From positions 4,960,001 to 5,024,000 of the forward strand of contig OX597834.1 of the NCBI GenBank assembly GCA_951406725.2: 64,000 nucleotides of DNA. The letters run 5' to 3'. A model generated the notes under the pieces. The model had not been told where the DNA came from, ran no database searches, and was given only the letters and a program-made list of their open reading frames with translations. This document shows, piece after piece, positions 43,135-57,135 of the stretch (position 1 is its first letter; each line of letters opens with the position of its first letter). The position numbers were made by a program, and so were the translations under genes. The stretch comes from Octopus vulgaris. Taxonomy: Eukaryota.

Positions 43135-43800
43135 AAAGTTAATTTGTTCTATTCTTCCATTCCAGAGGATGAAGCAGTCATCGAGATATCTTTTCCAGTT
43201 GTTTTGAATGTAGGTTGAAAAGGAGCTTCCATATTTCTCGAGTGTTCTCTAGTATAGATTAATTTCGAAATAGCCCATTACCAGGTTCGCAAAAGAAGGT
43301 GCAGTCTGTGTTCCCATTGCTATTCCCTATTTTGTCGGAAGTAATCATTGTTAAATATAAAATAATTCTTTTCTAGGATAAATTTGAGTCCTTCTATTAT
43401 GATTTCTCTTTTAATGTGAGAGGGGAGTTCATAGGTGTAATTGTCTAAGCAGAATGTGATGCCTTCTATTCCTAGGATGTATGGGATATTTGAATATAGG
43501 TTTGACTACGTCGAAGGATACCAGCAGTGTTTACTCATTAACTGTTTTTGAGGGGTAGTTGAGCATTTCCAGATCATCCCTTATATAGGTCTTGATGTTT
43601 TTGAGGAAGGGCTTCAGTAGAGTGTCCAGGAATTTGCTGAGGTTGTGGGTTTCGCATGCTGGACCTGCTATTATTGGTCTTAGTTTCAGGTCCTCGGGAG
43701 AGGGGACCTTGATCATTATGTCTGTAGCTTTTTTGCACGCCTCGCTTATTATATTGCTTTTGTGGATCTTGAGGATACCGTAGAATAAACTTGAAAACAA
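43135..43800 (-). mobile_element. Penelope-like reverse transcriptase core fragment (second PLE lineage), frameshifted
   Basis: FYGILKIHKS...DLKLRPIIAGP...LLKPFLKNIKTYIRD...LVSFDVV...LYSNIP...GIAMGTQTAPSFANLVMGYFE...WKRYLDDCFILW. Confidence 0.92.
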
Positions 43801-44031
43801 GTCAAAGTATTTAATTTACGAAAACAGACAGTAGTAAGTTGCGGTCACAGACAGTTCAACTTATGCCACTAAAATAACGGAAATTACCACGTGCTCTTGC
43901 AGGAAAAACGAAAGTAAACTATGAATCTTAATTTTAATTTTAATTCAACTTTATTAATAGCACTTTTCTCTCTACATATTCCATTTTAGTACATATTTTT
44001 GATAAGATTTTTGAAAAACGGAAACATGTAA

Positions 44032-44077
<46 letters not shown>

Positions 44078-45605
44078 GTATGTATATATACAGAACAGCT
44101 AGCCGTTAGTCTCAGGAATTTATGGTTTAGTATCATACAATATGTTCCTGTATCCCTAGTAGTTTTACGTGCTTATATAAGTGTAAGGAGATAAAGATAT
44201 CCTTTCAACATGTCCACCTTAACCTATCCCTTGTTACTAGTTTTCAGTTCCAGACATTGGGGACACATCACATAAAATGACTTGTACTATATCACTTGTC
44301 CAGTTTTCAACCCACGACCTCAAGATCCTGAGTCGATCTCCCCAAATCACTTTTTATTATGCTTTCAAAAATACTTAAGCACTCAGACACACGCACACAG
44401 ACACAGACACAGAGGCATTCGCATAAACTCACATCTATTCATACATCTGTGCACATCTACATACATCGATACAAGCATATATATGCATATATATACGTAT
44501 ATACAGACCCACCTGTAGCTATATTTATGTATGAGTGTGTCAATGTAATGGTTTTTCGTGTGTTTTCATTGTTTGGAAGGGGAAACATTTAAGTGGAAAT
44601 TTATTCTCACATGTTAGTATATCAATTATATAGAAGACATATTATCTCCCTCTCTGTTTACTTTAGTTGTAACGATAATATTTGTATCCGACCTCTTTCG
44701 ACAATATCATGTCTCACTGGTGCAAAACATTTTAGTGGTACATTAATTTTATTGTATTGGCAATAATTGAGTAAGAGAGAGAGAAAGAAGACCAAATTGA
44801 CAATGTCAACTAGATAGGAACATTTTATGAAAATTAATGTTGTTTTTAATTCGTTGTAGTTCTGAGAGAATGGAGAGGCGAAAGAATATTCTCATGCAGA
44901 TACGGTAAAGCGATTCCACTATATTCATTGCCAACGGTGGTAGGAAGCCGTTCTTCAAAAGTGCTGTTTTTACTTGTTTTTTATTATTATATGTTTTTGC
45001 GTTGTTGTATTCTGTATGCCTGTGTGGCCCCAGAGAAGAGACCGATAAACTCAACTATGTTCCTTTTTCTCAACTGGCATCTTCAGAGATCTTCAACCAC
45101 ATCCAACACGATGCACTTGACATGCGTTCGATTTGGGTTTCTGTCTAAATATAAAACATTTTAAAAAATTTTCTTCTTCAATTTCTTTTCACAAGAGAGG
45201 AAACTTGCTTGAAATTCATTCCCATATATATGAACTGAATAAAATATAGACAGACGCATGGACACCCGAATATATGTATGCGTGTACATGCATATGTGTG
45301 CCTATATAAACTCATACATACACACGCTCACAGGCACACACACACACATATATAAAGTTATACGCGAAGTTTAACACTCGGTAGTTATTTCTTGAATTTG
45401 AATTGTACTAAAATACTAACCCACCTATAGATACACATGCATACATACATACATACATGCACACACACACGCACACACACACACATACGCGCGCACACAC
45501 ACACACATATATATATACATTAGTAATTTAAAATATACTTATTAGACGCTAAATGAGTAAACTTCATCTCAATACTGATTCTATTTTATATCCACCATAT
45601 TATAC

Positions 45606-45832
45606 CTATTTCTATTTCTTTATTACCCATAAGGGGCTAAACACAGAGGGGACAAACAAGGACAGACATAGGTATTAAGTCGATTACATCGACCCCAGTG
45701 CGTAACTGGTACTTAATTAATCGACCCCGAAAGGATGAAAGGAAAAGCCGATCTCGGCGGAATTTGAACTCAGAACGTAACGGCAGAGGATATACGGCTA
45801 CGCAATTCGTCCGACGTGATAACGTTTCTGCC
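45606..45832 (-). mobile_element. Meta-domain SINE, tail type B
   Basis: Reverse-complement match; ends gaaatagaaataggta. Confidence 0.82.
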
Positions 45833-48392
45833 ATATTATACCGGTTACTAAGGCAATAAAGATGACCTCATACTGGCTGTGGATTAGGAGACGTAAATCT
45901 CAGACCCTGGCACCCTTAAGAAACACAATCTGTGGTTCGGTCATCTCTGACTGTGTTGTATGTCTGAAAATATCCGCTTGTTGTAGGCTTCGAGACACCA
46001 AATAAATTAAGTGGCTTGTGCCCATATGCATCTCAAGATCCTTTATCAAAAAAATATTCTTTCGTCTGTAATGAAAGCTGCCGTCAGGAACAGACTGAAT
46101 GTTTAGCGAAAGCAAAATGAGTAACAACTTGAGATACATTAAACAAAGATGGAGATAGAAGGGCGGCATTAAGGGTTGACAGATAAGTCTGCAACTTTAG
46201 TGAAGAAGAAGAGGCAGCAAGCTATAGAACGACATAAAGAGACATAACGTGAGAGATTCTCGAGAGTAAACACGGATGAAGATCCAAAAGAGACAGAGCA
46301 ATAGATGATGAAAATAAAGAAAAAACGGTGCAAAAGCATATTCGTAAGTGAACAAACCGTGTGGATATAAAATTCACCGAGCAAAATTGAAAAACGTGAA
46401 CATGCAACAGTTTCCACAATATTCAGGAGTCCAATTTGAGGAGAGAGAGAAAGGAATAGGCTCTGACTCAACTAATTGTTCTCGGAAATATTTGGTGTCT
46501 CAAAACTCAGAGCAAGAGAACTTGGACCTAAGCTAAAAAGAAGCAGTTTGATAAATGTCTTGACTATCTTGGATTTTAGCTGACAAAAGGGATGCTGAAC
46601 ATCTCTTTAAAACAATGGCCATTCTTACATTCAGTTTAGCAGCGGTTAGCTCCGCTGCTCTGCAGATGAAAGGAACATTTCCTGAGATCCAAATTCATGG
46701 CGTACACCTTAGGATGGAACATAGGTCAGTGAAAGTTCAGAGGATGGTTGGCGAACTTGTAGAGCCAGCTTCAGCTTTGGTACTGATTGCAGTACTTTCC
46801 TGTGTATTAATTCTGAACAAATGTGGTACACAGATCTGCAGATCCTTAAAGTGATACGGAGTAGAGTCAAGAACGCGACTCTGTACTAGGTATGTGCAAA
46901 GCTTTATGGATTCGCAAGGACGAAAATTCGAAGACTATCCGTTTAGAATTCCGTTTAGAATTTCTTTAATCTGTGACGTATTGAAGATATTCTCTTGCAG
47001 TGTTGAATTGTGCAGCTGAAATATGACCGCTTCAGGAATCCTTATCTCAATACCTCGGGTTATAATGGGTATATTAAAAAAAACTGAGTGCTTTGAACAT
47101 TAGGAGGGTCCTTTAAGTAACAGAGAAAATTTGAAAGAACAAAAGAATAACTCGTAATGTTGTGACAGGCCCTTCCAAATGCACATGGGCCGCATCCCAT
47201 AATCTGATTGAAGAGGATTTGTAAAAGTATTATGTTCCAAACAGACTCAGAGATCTCATTCTGGACTGAGACAAGCAATGTTCATTTGAGAGTCTCTGCT
47301 GCTTCTATAACACCAAAGTGACACAAGCTTATGAACGGTATTATTTATGGATGTAACATTGCAACGATTCATTTAACGCTTGCTAGAAGCATGTAAATAA
47401 AGTCCACTGAAATACAGTACCTAGTTTAGCCCATTATGCCTGATGTCTGATAGCTACAACCAACTTCGGAAGAATGAGTATTAATGTATAACTGAGCAGT
47501 TGTATCGACTGGTATCCCGTTAATTATGGATAATATATGGTAGCTATTTAACATTGTTAGAGGTACGATTTGAAAATTTTGTAATATTGACAGCAAATTA
47601 TATAAGTACTATAAGTGAACGATATCGATTACTTTGAATCGTAAAATTTTAGTATATATTCTCTATGGTTTTATCAGCAACTGCGTTTTACTTTGAAGTA
47701 GTTCCACTATTTTCCAGATATGATATCAACACTGAATCCATATTGACGTGACTGGAAAGCCATTATGTAAAACTTACTCATCGCGTTTAATCTAATCTCA
47801 TTTTTAATGTGAATGATTATGTCGTTAGGATCAAACGTTTTATGGAAACAAATCTCATTTGACTAAATGAACTGAAAATAAAAAAGATGAAAATACATCT
47901 TGTTAATTAAAAAATTTAACACGTAATTCCTTTCGACTACAATGGTCATAAAGGTAAGCTCTATAATATTCCTTAGGTGAGCGAGTTTAATTTCAGAAGA
48001 AACTCAAACATTTTTAGTTAAAGAGGTAAATTTTTAGCTCGTTATTCAAATAAAATTGGGGAAGAAGCTTTACGTGTTTACAATAGTCCAGATAATAATT
48101 TTTAAGCGTAATTCCAACACAATGGTGGTCTTCTTTATCATTATGTCCCGTACTATCTCTAAATATCATTCTTCTCAAAATTTAATCCACACTTTTGTCA
48201 ATACGATTTGGCCATCGAGACAACGATTATGAAAACGATGCATTTTCATCGATGCATTTTCATATGAGGCCCAAATTATCATGCTATTGATAATTTATCC
48301 ACTTTGTAGAATTAAGAGACTACAGAAAGCACTTCATTTCGGGAATTTTGATTTTATTGGCACAAAAACAATCATCAAAAAATACGCCTTTC

Positions 48393-48618
48393 TACTAAAG
48401 GCACAAGGCTTCAAATAGGTGTATGTATGGAACACTTATCGATTACATCGACCCTAGTGTTTCACTGGTACGTAATTTATCGACTGAGAAAGGACAAAAG
48501 ACAAAGTCGACCACGGCGGAATTTGAACTCAGAGCATGCAGGCGGACAAAATGCCGCTAAGCATTTTGTCCGGCAGATTCTGCCGCTAAGCATTTTGCCG
48601 CTAAGATTCTGCCAGCTC
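48393..48618 (-). mobile_element. Meta-domain SINE with slipped head
   Basis: Family match; gccgctaag repeated three times at 48553-48605. Confidence 0.7.
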
Positions 48619-49212
48619 ATTGCCTCAATCACCAATAAATTATAAAAACTAATGAATTCAATTCGTTACTTTTTCTGTTGCTTATCCATAACAGTTTCTT
48701 AAATTCTGCATTTGTTTTTCAATGCATTCCTTCTTTCAGTCATTTATTCATTTATACACGTAACATTAAAATGGAAGAAAATAAAATATCCGAAAAATAT
48801 TTGTAAAAAATTCATGAACTTATCACATATTATCCAACGGTCATCAGTGTGAAAGATGTTTGGCAGAAATATTCCGTCTATAACATTCTAACAGCATGCC
48901 CGATTCAGGGGTTGCTTCTTGCTGTGGCGTAGATATAAAAGAAAAGGTAAAATTTACGACAGCTGTTTCGGTAGAATTGTATCAATGTATGTATAGATAA
49001 TATCCACTATTTTCCGGTAAAATTGTTAGCCAGGTGAGATTTTTGACAGGTGAGATTTCCTACATTAACCCGGGCAAATCCAACGTCGTCGGATTTGAAA
49101 TCTCATTTGTTTGAAATCCAACATATACATACATACATACATACATACATACATACATACATACATACATACATACATACATACATACATACATTACATA
49201 CATACATACGTG

Positions 49213-49510
49213 TATTCAGGAACAGGAAATATCAACCAAATACCTGTTGCACAAAAGGGACAGATATGCAGGAAAAGCAGGAAAATATGATAACCGATGC
49301 AGACTTTGTGGAGTAAAAACTGAAGTTATCACCCACATCATAAGCAGTTGTACTAAAATGTCATCATGGTATTATCTACTGAAGAGACATGATGCTGTAC
49401 CTAGGGCACTGTATAACGAAATCCGTCGAATGGATAACCCTGAGGACAAGGAGATAAGAACCCACAGTATGGTGGAAGCCAGAGCCCCTCATAATAAAAA
49501 AGAGCACTGC
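49213..49510 (+). mobile_element. R4/Dong-like (RLE-type) non-LTR fragment with CCHC knuckle
   Basis: IQEQEISTKYLLHKR...CRLCGVKTEVITHIISSCTKMSSWYYLLKRHDAV; preceded by (ATAC)n. Confidence 0.75.
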
Positions 49511-50945
49511 CAAGATGCCAGGAAACTAATGTACGGAAAGTGTAAAAACTTTGTGGAATTTTCGGTAATTTTATCATCAGCGGAGAAAGGTTCAAGACGT
49601 TTGCCGAAAAGGGTTCCATGAAATTTGTTGTGATATAAAAGGGCTTATTAAAAAAATGAGGAAATCCACAAGAATGCTAATGCATATAGTGAAAATGTGG
49701 GAAACGAAAATGGGACAAAAGAATGGTGCCTGGAGAACAGAGTAATGGTAGAGATCGTCAACCGATTAACAACCGAAATGGAAGATTTCAGAATTACCCT
49801 TCACGACGTCAGAGATCGATTTTCATTTCTTCTGAATATAAATTTAGTCGTCATTGAGAATGAACAAAGGATTAAAAAAAGCTTTAAAAAGTGAACGTTC
49901 AGTCTTTACAAATAATGATAATTGTTGGACAGCTATTCAGTTATCGGAAACAATTATTGGTTTTGCGGTCGTAACTACATTATGGAAGTTATGTCTTCCT
50001 TACGATGGGCAATGCCTACAGATTATTGCTTACTGTTGCATTTTCAATCACAAGTTGTGAAAGGTTATTTTCGAAACTGAAATTAATACAAACGTATTTA
50101 AAACCTTCTGTGTTACCATAGGGACAGACTAATTAGACCTTGCTCAATACTGAAGAAGAAAATTCTCATTTGATATAACAATGAAATAGTTTAAGTGTTT
50201 TTTGACAAGAGATTTCGTTTGGGGCTTGGAAACCGTGGTTGATTTATAGTTACATAAATTTAATAAAATGTGTCTTAATCTGTTTTTGCATATTTCAAGA
50301 GGTCTTTCTTATTCCCATTTCTCATGAATAAAATTTATATCTTGGGCCCGGGGCATTTAATCAAGCGTTTGCCTTCGGGCGTCATCCCACTTTTAAAATG
50401 TATCATACATTTCACTGAATTCCATTTATTGTTCTTCCAACTTGAAACAAATTCTCTGATACTTGTTTGGAACAAATTGTTTCACTTAATCTCGGATGTT
50501 TATCTTACGAATTGACAAAGCTGCTAGATTTCGGGTTAGATTTCTTTGTCATATTTTTTCTAATTCGCTGTACTGTGTGATCAAATCTCGCGAAGGTTAT
50601 CTTTGCATTTCACCATAGCGGGCCGGTAAAAATATCAATCCAAGGTTGTTGAATAGTGAAGCTGTGAGAATGTCGTATTAGATGTTTTGCGGTGTTTTTT
50701 CATCCACTAGGTCTTCCGAGTCCAAATCCGGCAATGGTGTAAAAGGTTGGTGGACTTATAAAATGTTGCACGGTTTAACATCATATTCGACATCTTTTAA
50801 GCTCTTTTAAGCGAGATCGCTATGGTTTAAGCTTTCAGACCAAGTTTTCAGTTTGAGTGCACCTTCCTTCTTCCTGCTCACTGCATTGGAATATCTTGTA
50901 AACAGTCATGAGCACAGCCTTCAGGCCTGACTAAAAAGTATTAAA

Positions 50946-51383
50946 GGATCTTTTCGGTTTGAACGGCAGTTTTTAACATAATTTCTAGGTAACAACAAAA
51001 TTTTAAACTTCGTATACTGGTAGAATGTGTTTATAAAACATCTTTTTCTCTTGGATTCATTGAGAAAATTCTATAGTTTGTAAGATATTTGTTGTTTTTT
51101 TCTTCAATTTCTGCAATTTCAACAAATCACTGACGTCCATTGAGGTAAACAACATTCTGTGCCGTATGAATATGTCCCTCGTTTAAGAAACAGATTAGGT
51201 TTATTTACATTTGTGAAGAAAAAAAGATACCCTTCCCCCCACACCTAACCCTAACCCTAACTCTAACTAACCCTAACTCTAAAATAGATTGAAATGCAAT
51301 AGATCGATACTAGGGTCATAATTATGGGTGACAATTTCATATGACACCGCTAGAAAAAACTGCCGTTCAAACCAAAAAGATCC
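50946..51383. mobile_element. 438-bp MITE with ~29-bp TIRs and internal (CCCTAA)n
   Basis: ggatcttttcggtttgaacggcagttttt / aaaaactgccgttcaaaccaaaaagatcc; aaa on both sides (possible 3-bp TSD). Confidence 0.85.
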
Positions 51384-52459
51384 AAATTAAACATTATGAA
51401 CAGAAATCCAAAAGGAATTTCAGAAAACAAATAATGTAGAGTATGATATGACTAGAATTTTTACAATTGAATCTCCATTTTTTATTGCGCCGATGTTTCC
51501 AAAAAGTAGAACGACTATTCTAAAAATAAAATACAACAGAACAAAGAATTATTTTCAAAATAAAATATTTTTGTTGAGGTATGATTTATTTCTTTATGTT
51601 TTAGTATTCTGTTTCAAATTCATTTTGATTTTATTTGTTCATTATTTCCAAAATACTCCTCGAATTTTGCAGACGATTTGTCCCGGGAGGAAAAACATCC
51701 TAATAATATAATAATGATGAAATAAAATACGATATTGCTTTGTAAAACAGTATCGTATTCTTTGTGTCGAATAAAAGTGGTGCTTGCGACTGTACGCAGA
51801 AGGATTGTGATTTGCATTATACATAGTGTAAATGGAGTTGTATTACTTATTTCCTTCTGTCAGTTCCGAATTATTATATTGTTTAGTGTGATGTTTAGCA
51901 ATATTTCGTGTTTCTTGTTTCTGATAGCAAGAATAAAAGAAGGTCGTTTGTTCAGATACGAGGATTTAGCTTAGATCTTTAGAAATTTTACAATGTATCT
52001 CGATGTTTTGAAATGTTGTCTGCATAATGGAGTATCAGGTGCGATCTGTTTGAAATTGTGTCTATTTTACGGGTTTGTTAGGTGATCGTATGAATATAAT
52101 TAAAATATGTATTTGTGAGAACGAAAACTTATGGTCAACAGTTTCGTCAAGTACACAGAGTCCATGTGTTATAATATAAATTTACGTGGATATAATAATC
52201 TCTAAAACATTTCTATCATCATTATTGTATATTATTTTTATAGTGGCTTTAGAATAACGATTTTGGTGAGAAATGTTTTCAAAATATTTACTTCTATCAA
52301 TAGCATATGAAATGGTGAAAATTGACATCATTTTATTGTTAAAACTCTTCTGTATACTTTACATGAGATTTTCAATGAATATGTCAATTGGTAGCATGTA
52401 TGGAATTTTCTAGAATAATTCTGAGACTGTTGTACTGCTTGTTTTGGTCTAGTTCTTAA

Positions 52460-52668
52460 GGCGGTGAGCTGGCAGAATCTTTACCACACCGGGCAAAATG
52501 CATATTATCATTTTGTTCGTCTTTGCGTTCAGTGTTCGAATTCCACCGAGGCCAAATTTGCCTTTCGTATTTTCGGTCAATAAAATAAGTACTAGTTGAG
52601 CCTTAGGGTTGATGTAATCGATTCCCTGTTTCCCTAACCCTAACCCTTGCGCCGAAATTTGAAACCAA
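52460..52668 (+). mobile_element. Meta-domain SINE, tail type A
   Basis: ggcggtgagctggcagaatc...ccttgcgccgaaatttgaaacca. Confidence 0.72.
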
Positions 52669-52959
52669 TATGTGTCCTATTTACAATTTTAGGAAATAAT
52701 TTGTGGCTAATCTATCAGCTGTTTATTGCACATTGATATGCGTAAAAGCTCCCTCGGTGCCTCGTTACTGAGAGTTTGGATAGGAATGAGTTTGTTTGTA
52801 TGAAATTGCTAGACTAATTTTGTTGTTTGAAAATCTACATTTTTCAGATTTAAAAGACCAGTCACTGAGCTTAATGGTAGAGAGCGTTTATCCGGTGTTT
52901 TGAGAAATGCGGTGTCTGATTCTCTGTAGCGGTCTGCTTTGAAATATAATATATCACGT

Positions 52960-53273
52960 GGCGCTTGGTTAAGTTGTTAGGGTATTCTGCAGACGATCGT
53001 TAGGCAACAAGTTCGATTCCCAGCAGCGCGTTGTGTCCTTGAGCATGACACTACTTCATGTGGCTCCAGTCTGCTAAGCTAGCAAAAGTTAGTTGTACCT
53101 GTATTTCAAAGGGCTAGCAGTCTCAAATTATGTCACATTGAATATCTCTGAGAACTACGTTAGGGTCACGCGTGCCTGTGGAGTGTGCAGCCACTTGCAC
53201 GTTAATTTCACACACAGACTGTTCCCTTGATCGGTAAAACTGGAACCCACATCGTCGTAACCGACGGAGTGTC
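52960..53273 (+). mobile_element. Older SINE: CORE-like body joined to tail 1 of the 23529 SINE
   Basis: gttcgattccc, gttgtgtccttgagc, then ctgtatttcaaaggg...gtcgtaaccgacggagtg matching 23735-23909. Confidence 0.7.
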
Positions 53274-53286
53274 AGAAGACATTTGT

Positions 53287-53509
53287 TACTCTCTTTTACT
53301 CTTTTACTTGTTTCAGTCATTTGACTGCGGCCATGCTGGAGCACCGCCTTTAATCGAGCAACTCGACCCCGGGACTTATTCTTTTGTAAGCCCAGTACTT
53401 CTTCTATCGGTCTCTTTTGCCGAACTGCTAAGTATTGGGGACATAAACACACTAGCATCGGTTGTCAAGCAATGCTAGGGGGACAAACACAGACACACAA
53501 ACATATACA

Positions 53510-53583
<74 letters not shown>

Positions 53584-53749
53584 TACGACCGACTTCTTTC
53601 AATTTCCGTCTACCAAATTCACTCACAAGGCTTTGGTCGGCCCGAGGCTATAGTAGAAGACACTGGCCCAAGGTGCCACGCAGTGGTACTGAACCCGGAA
53701 CCATGTGGTTGGTAAACAAGCTACTTACCACACAGCCACTCCTGCGCCT
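53287..53749 (-). mobile_element. CORE-like SINE
   Basis: Full-length reverse-complement match. Confidence 0.88.
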
Positions 53750-53970
53750 GCTAGTATATTTAATAATTCCTTTTATGTGCATACTGGTGATTTTTGTAAG
53801 ATCCTGTTAGTTTTGGTCTGCTGGGTACTCTTATGATTTTCTGATGCTTGAAACAGTTTAAGGAAATAAACAAAATGAAGGTTTGGTTATAGTGCTTTGT
53901 GTACTTACGTGTTTGTAGATAACTGATCACTTTGTGAGGAATAGTTTGTTTAAAGGTAGTATCCATGTTT

Positions 53971-54570
53971 AAGGCGGCGAGCTGGCAGAAACGTTAGCAC
54001 GCCGGGCGAAATACTTAGCGGTATTTCGTCTGACGCTACGTTCTGAGTTCAAATTCCGCCGAGGTCGACTTTGCCTTTCATCCTTTCGGGGTCGATTAAA
54101 TAAGTACCAGTCACGCACTGGGGTCGATATAATTGACTTAATCCATTTGTCTGTCCTTGTTTGTCCTTTCTGTGTTTATCCCCTTGTAGGTAATAAAGAA
54201 ATAGGTATTTCGTCTGCCGTTACGTTCTGAGTTCAAATTCCGCCGAGGTCGACTTTGCCTTTCATCCTTTTGGGGTTGATAAATTAAGTACCAGTTACGC
54301 ACTGGGGTCGATGTAATTGACTTAATCCATTTGTCTGTCCTTGTTTGTCCTCTCTGTGTTTAGCCCCTTGTGGATAGTAAAGAAATAGGTATTTCGTCTG
54401 CCGCTACGTTCTGAGTTCAAATTCCGCCGAGGTCGACTTTGCCTTTCATCCTTTCGGGGTCGATTAAATAAGTACCAATTACGCACTGAGGTCAATATAA
54501 TCGACTTAATCCGTTTGTCTGTCTTTGTTTGTTTTCTCTGTCTTTAGCCCCTTGTGGGTAGTAAAGAAAT
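53971..54570 (+). mobile_element. Trimeric Meta-domain SINE with 16-bp TSD
   Basis: One head plus three 184-bp units starting at 54021, 54205 and 54389; TSD aggtagtatccatgtt at 53954-53969 and 54571-54586. Confidence 0.92.
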
Positions 54571-56450
54571 AGGTAGTATCCATGTTGCTGAAGGATGGAA
54601 ATTACTGTAAAATGTGATGTGATAAAGTAGTTGTCGATACACCGTTTTCTTACATTGTGGTTCACTGCCGCTGTATGGAATTATGTTGGATATAAATATT
54701 TGCTAATCTTCTTCTGGGTTCACTTGGCAATCTTATCTTCGTTTTTGTTTTCTTTCTGTTGTTTTTTTTTGCTTTTCGAGTTCTGTTATACATGAGCTAC
54801 TTCAGAAATGATCACACCTTCATTTTTAATGCAATCTACCTGTACACTGAATTTTCTAACAATTGTCACTGTTAGTATATTGCACGTGAGCAGAAATTAC
54901 GAAACATTTGTAATTGTAAATGTTCTAAGAAACACACAGTCTCTGTATTGTTTGACGGGTGATAGTATATGTGTTGCTGGGTGTGATCGTTTAGTTTCGG
55001 TAGTAAACCTAATCACAATTGTTGATTATATACTTTGATGCAATTAACAAGATTATTGAATTAATTAAATATTACCATTTATGATTAATACAAAATAAAT
55101 CTCGTGACATATGTTTCAAATCTATTAGTCTGCTTCAGTAACATCTCGTTTGGTCAAGTATCAGTTAATACGGACACATATTTTCAAATGATTATATCCA
55201 ACGAAATATGCATTTTGTATGATGATGACATCGAAATAAATTTTACAAGAAAATTATCTTGAGTGGAATTTGGCATCAGGTTAATTTCGTCATGTATCTA
55301 TGTTCAAATTACACGAATGGTAAAGTTGTATTATAGAAAAGATTAAACTTTATTAAGAATGAAGGTTAAGACTAATTGGTAATAGTACTAATACAAGACT
55401 GGAATCAAGTAAAAAGGCTTCTAAGTTCTGTGCACTGTCTATCAGAGGTTATTCTGTAGTTGGGAAGAAGTGGGTGTTCATTTTTCGCATTCGACAATAA
55501 AACGTGTACCAGGTATATACTGGGGTCAAATGAATTAACTTGTTTCGTATGCCATTTACAACAAACGTAACTTTAATCTTTAGAATGAAATGATTAGTTT
55601 TAAATTTCTACAGTTTCTACACAATTGCTTCATCCTAGGAAAGGTCACGGTGGCATCATAACCATCAGACTGAGTCAGTTTTATTTCAAACGTCCATCAT
55701 ATGTTCATGTTGGTAGTAACCATTCAACCGAAATGCTCTGTGTCTAATGGACACAAAATTCATAACGAAAACAAAAAGAAACGAAAATGATAGGAAATCA
55801 GCATAAAAAGTACCAATTTTATGGTTGTCGGTTAGTTACTATGACCAATGAACCATTCATCTCATATGGTTTTGCTTTGTCTTTTTTTTTTGTTATTTAT
55901 GTTTGGTTTCACATTTCTTTAATTTTCATATTACACTGTAATATGGCTATTATATTCCTCGGTGTATAAATTTTATTTATTTAAGTTTTTTTTGCGTTCT
56001 AGTTTGTTCTATTTTGTTTTATTATTTTATGGTTTAATAATAGAGACCCATTATTTAGTAATAACTATGTTTTTTTAAGCTTCAAAAGTAAAATAAAAAC
56101 GGTGAATAAAATATAATGCAATATGTATCGTATAAAAAAAGTCGCTTCTAAAATTAAAAAGTTAATAATTAAAATAAATAAAAACAAATAATAGTAATTA
56201 TTTATAAACCTACATAAACATTTAATAATGATTGATATTAAACTTGACGAAGGCTGGTTGCTTACTCATGATGTTTTTTGTGAGCACGAAGAATCATTGG
56301 ACTAAGCTTACCATACGCGTGCCAATGGTAACAAGACAATTGATAAACATTGGCTTCTTACTTTACCAAAATGTTTTTCTTTAAAGGCCTTAGAATCTAT
56401 TGTTCTCATAAGGAAGCATTTCGTTCATAAAATATGGAAATTGCATGTAT

Positions 56451-56862
56451 ATTTCTTTATTGCCAACAAGGGGCGAAACATAGAGGGAACAAACAAAGAC
56501 AGAAAAAGTGAATAAGTCGAATACATGGACCCCAGTGCGTAACTAGTACTTTATATATCGACCTCGAAAGGATGAAAAGCAAAGTCGACTTCGGCGGAAT
56601 TCGAGCTCAGAAACGAAACGGCAGACGAAATACCTATTTCTTTACTACCCACAAGGGGCTAAACACAGAGGGGATGAACAAGGACAAAGGGATTAAATCG
56701 ATTACACCGACCCCAGTGCGTAACTGGTACTTAATTTATCGACCCCGAAAGAATGAAAGGCAAAGTCGACCTCGGCGGAATTTGAACTCAGAACGTAACG
56801 TCAGTCGAAATACCGCTAAGCACTTTTCCCAGCGCGCTAATGTTTCTGCCAGCTCGCCGCCT
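56451..56862 (-). mobile_element. Dimeric Meta-domain SINE
   Basis: Two units with the same junction (gaaatag|gtatttcgtctg) at ~56621-56640. Confidence 0.88.
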
Positions 56863-57135
56863 TATGGAAGTTACATATAAACATGTCCTGAGGCTATTGT
56901 ATAAACGACGTTCTATTTCCGTGTGTAATTGCTAGCCATATTTGATTTGATATTATTTAGATGAGCCTTGTAGAGGAAACTTATTTAATTGCAATGTAAA
57001 CTATTGATCAAAAGGCAGAACGGAATTTGAAACGTTATGAGCATCAGATGTGGAATATACTTCTGCGAGTATAAATCCATCCAATGGCGAAGCAGACTAT
57101 GCCACGAACCTAATTCATCATAAGTGGGATATACG

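Noticed and set aside
46450-46720. Possible Gypsy RT relic (LDYLGF...AIL), with a similar hint near 20270 (EYLGHHIS)
   Set aside because: Only short motifs across many stops; not supportable without a profile search.
50640-50900. Possible old CR1 relic on the minus strand (RLKEL); also RPISIVS near 16840 and RTE-like text at 38650-38750
   Set aside because: Too degenerate to call by eye.
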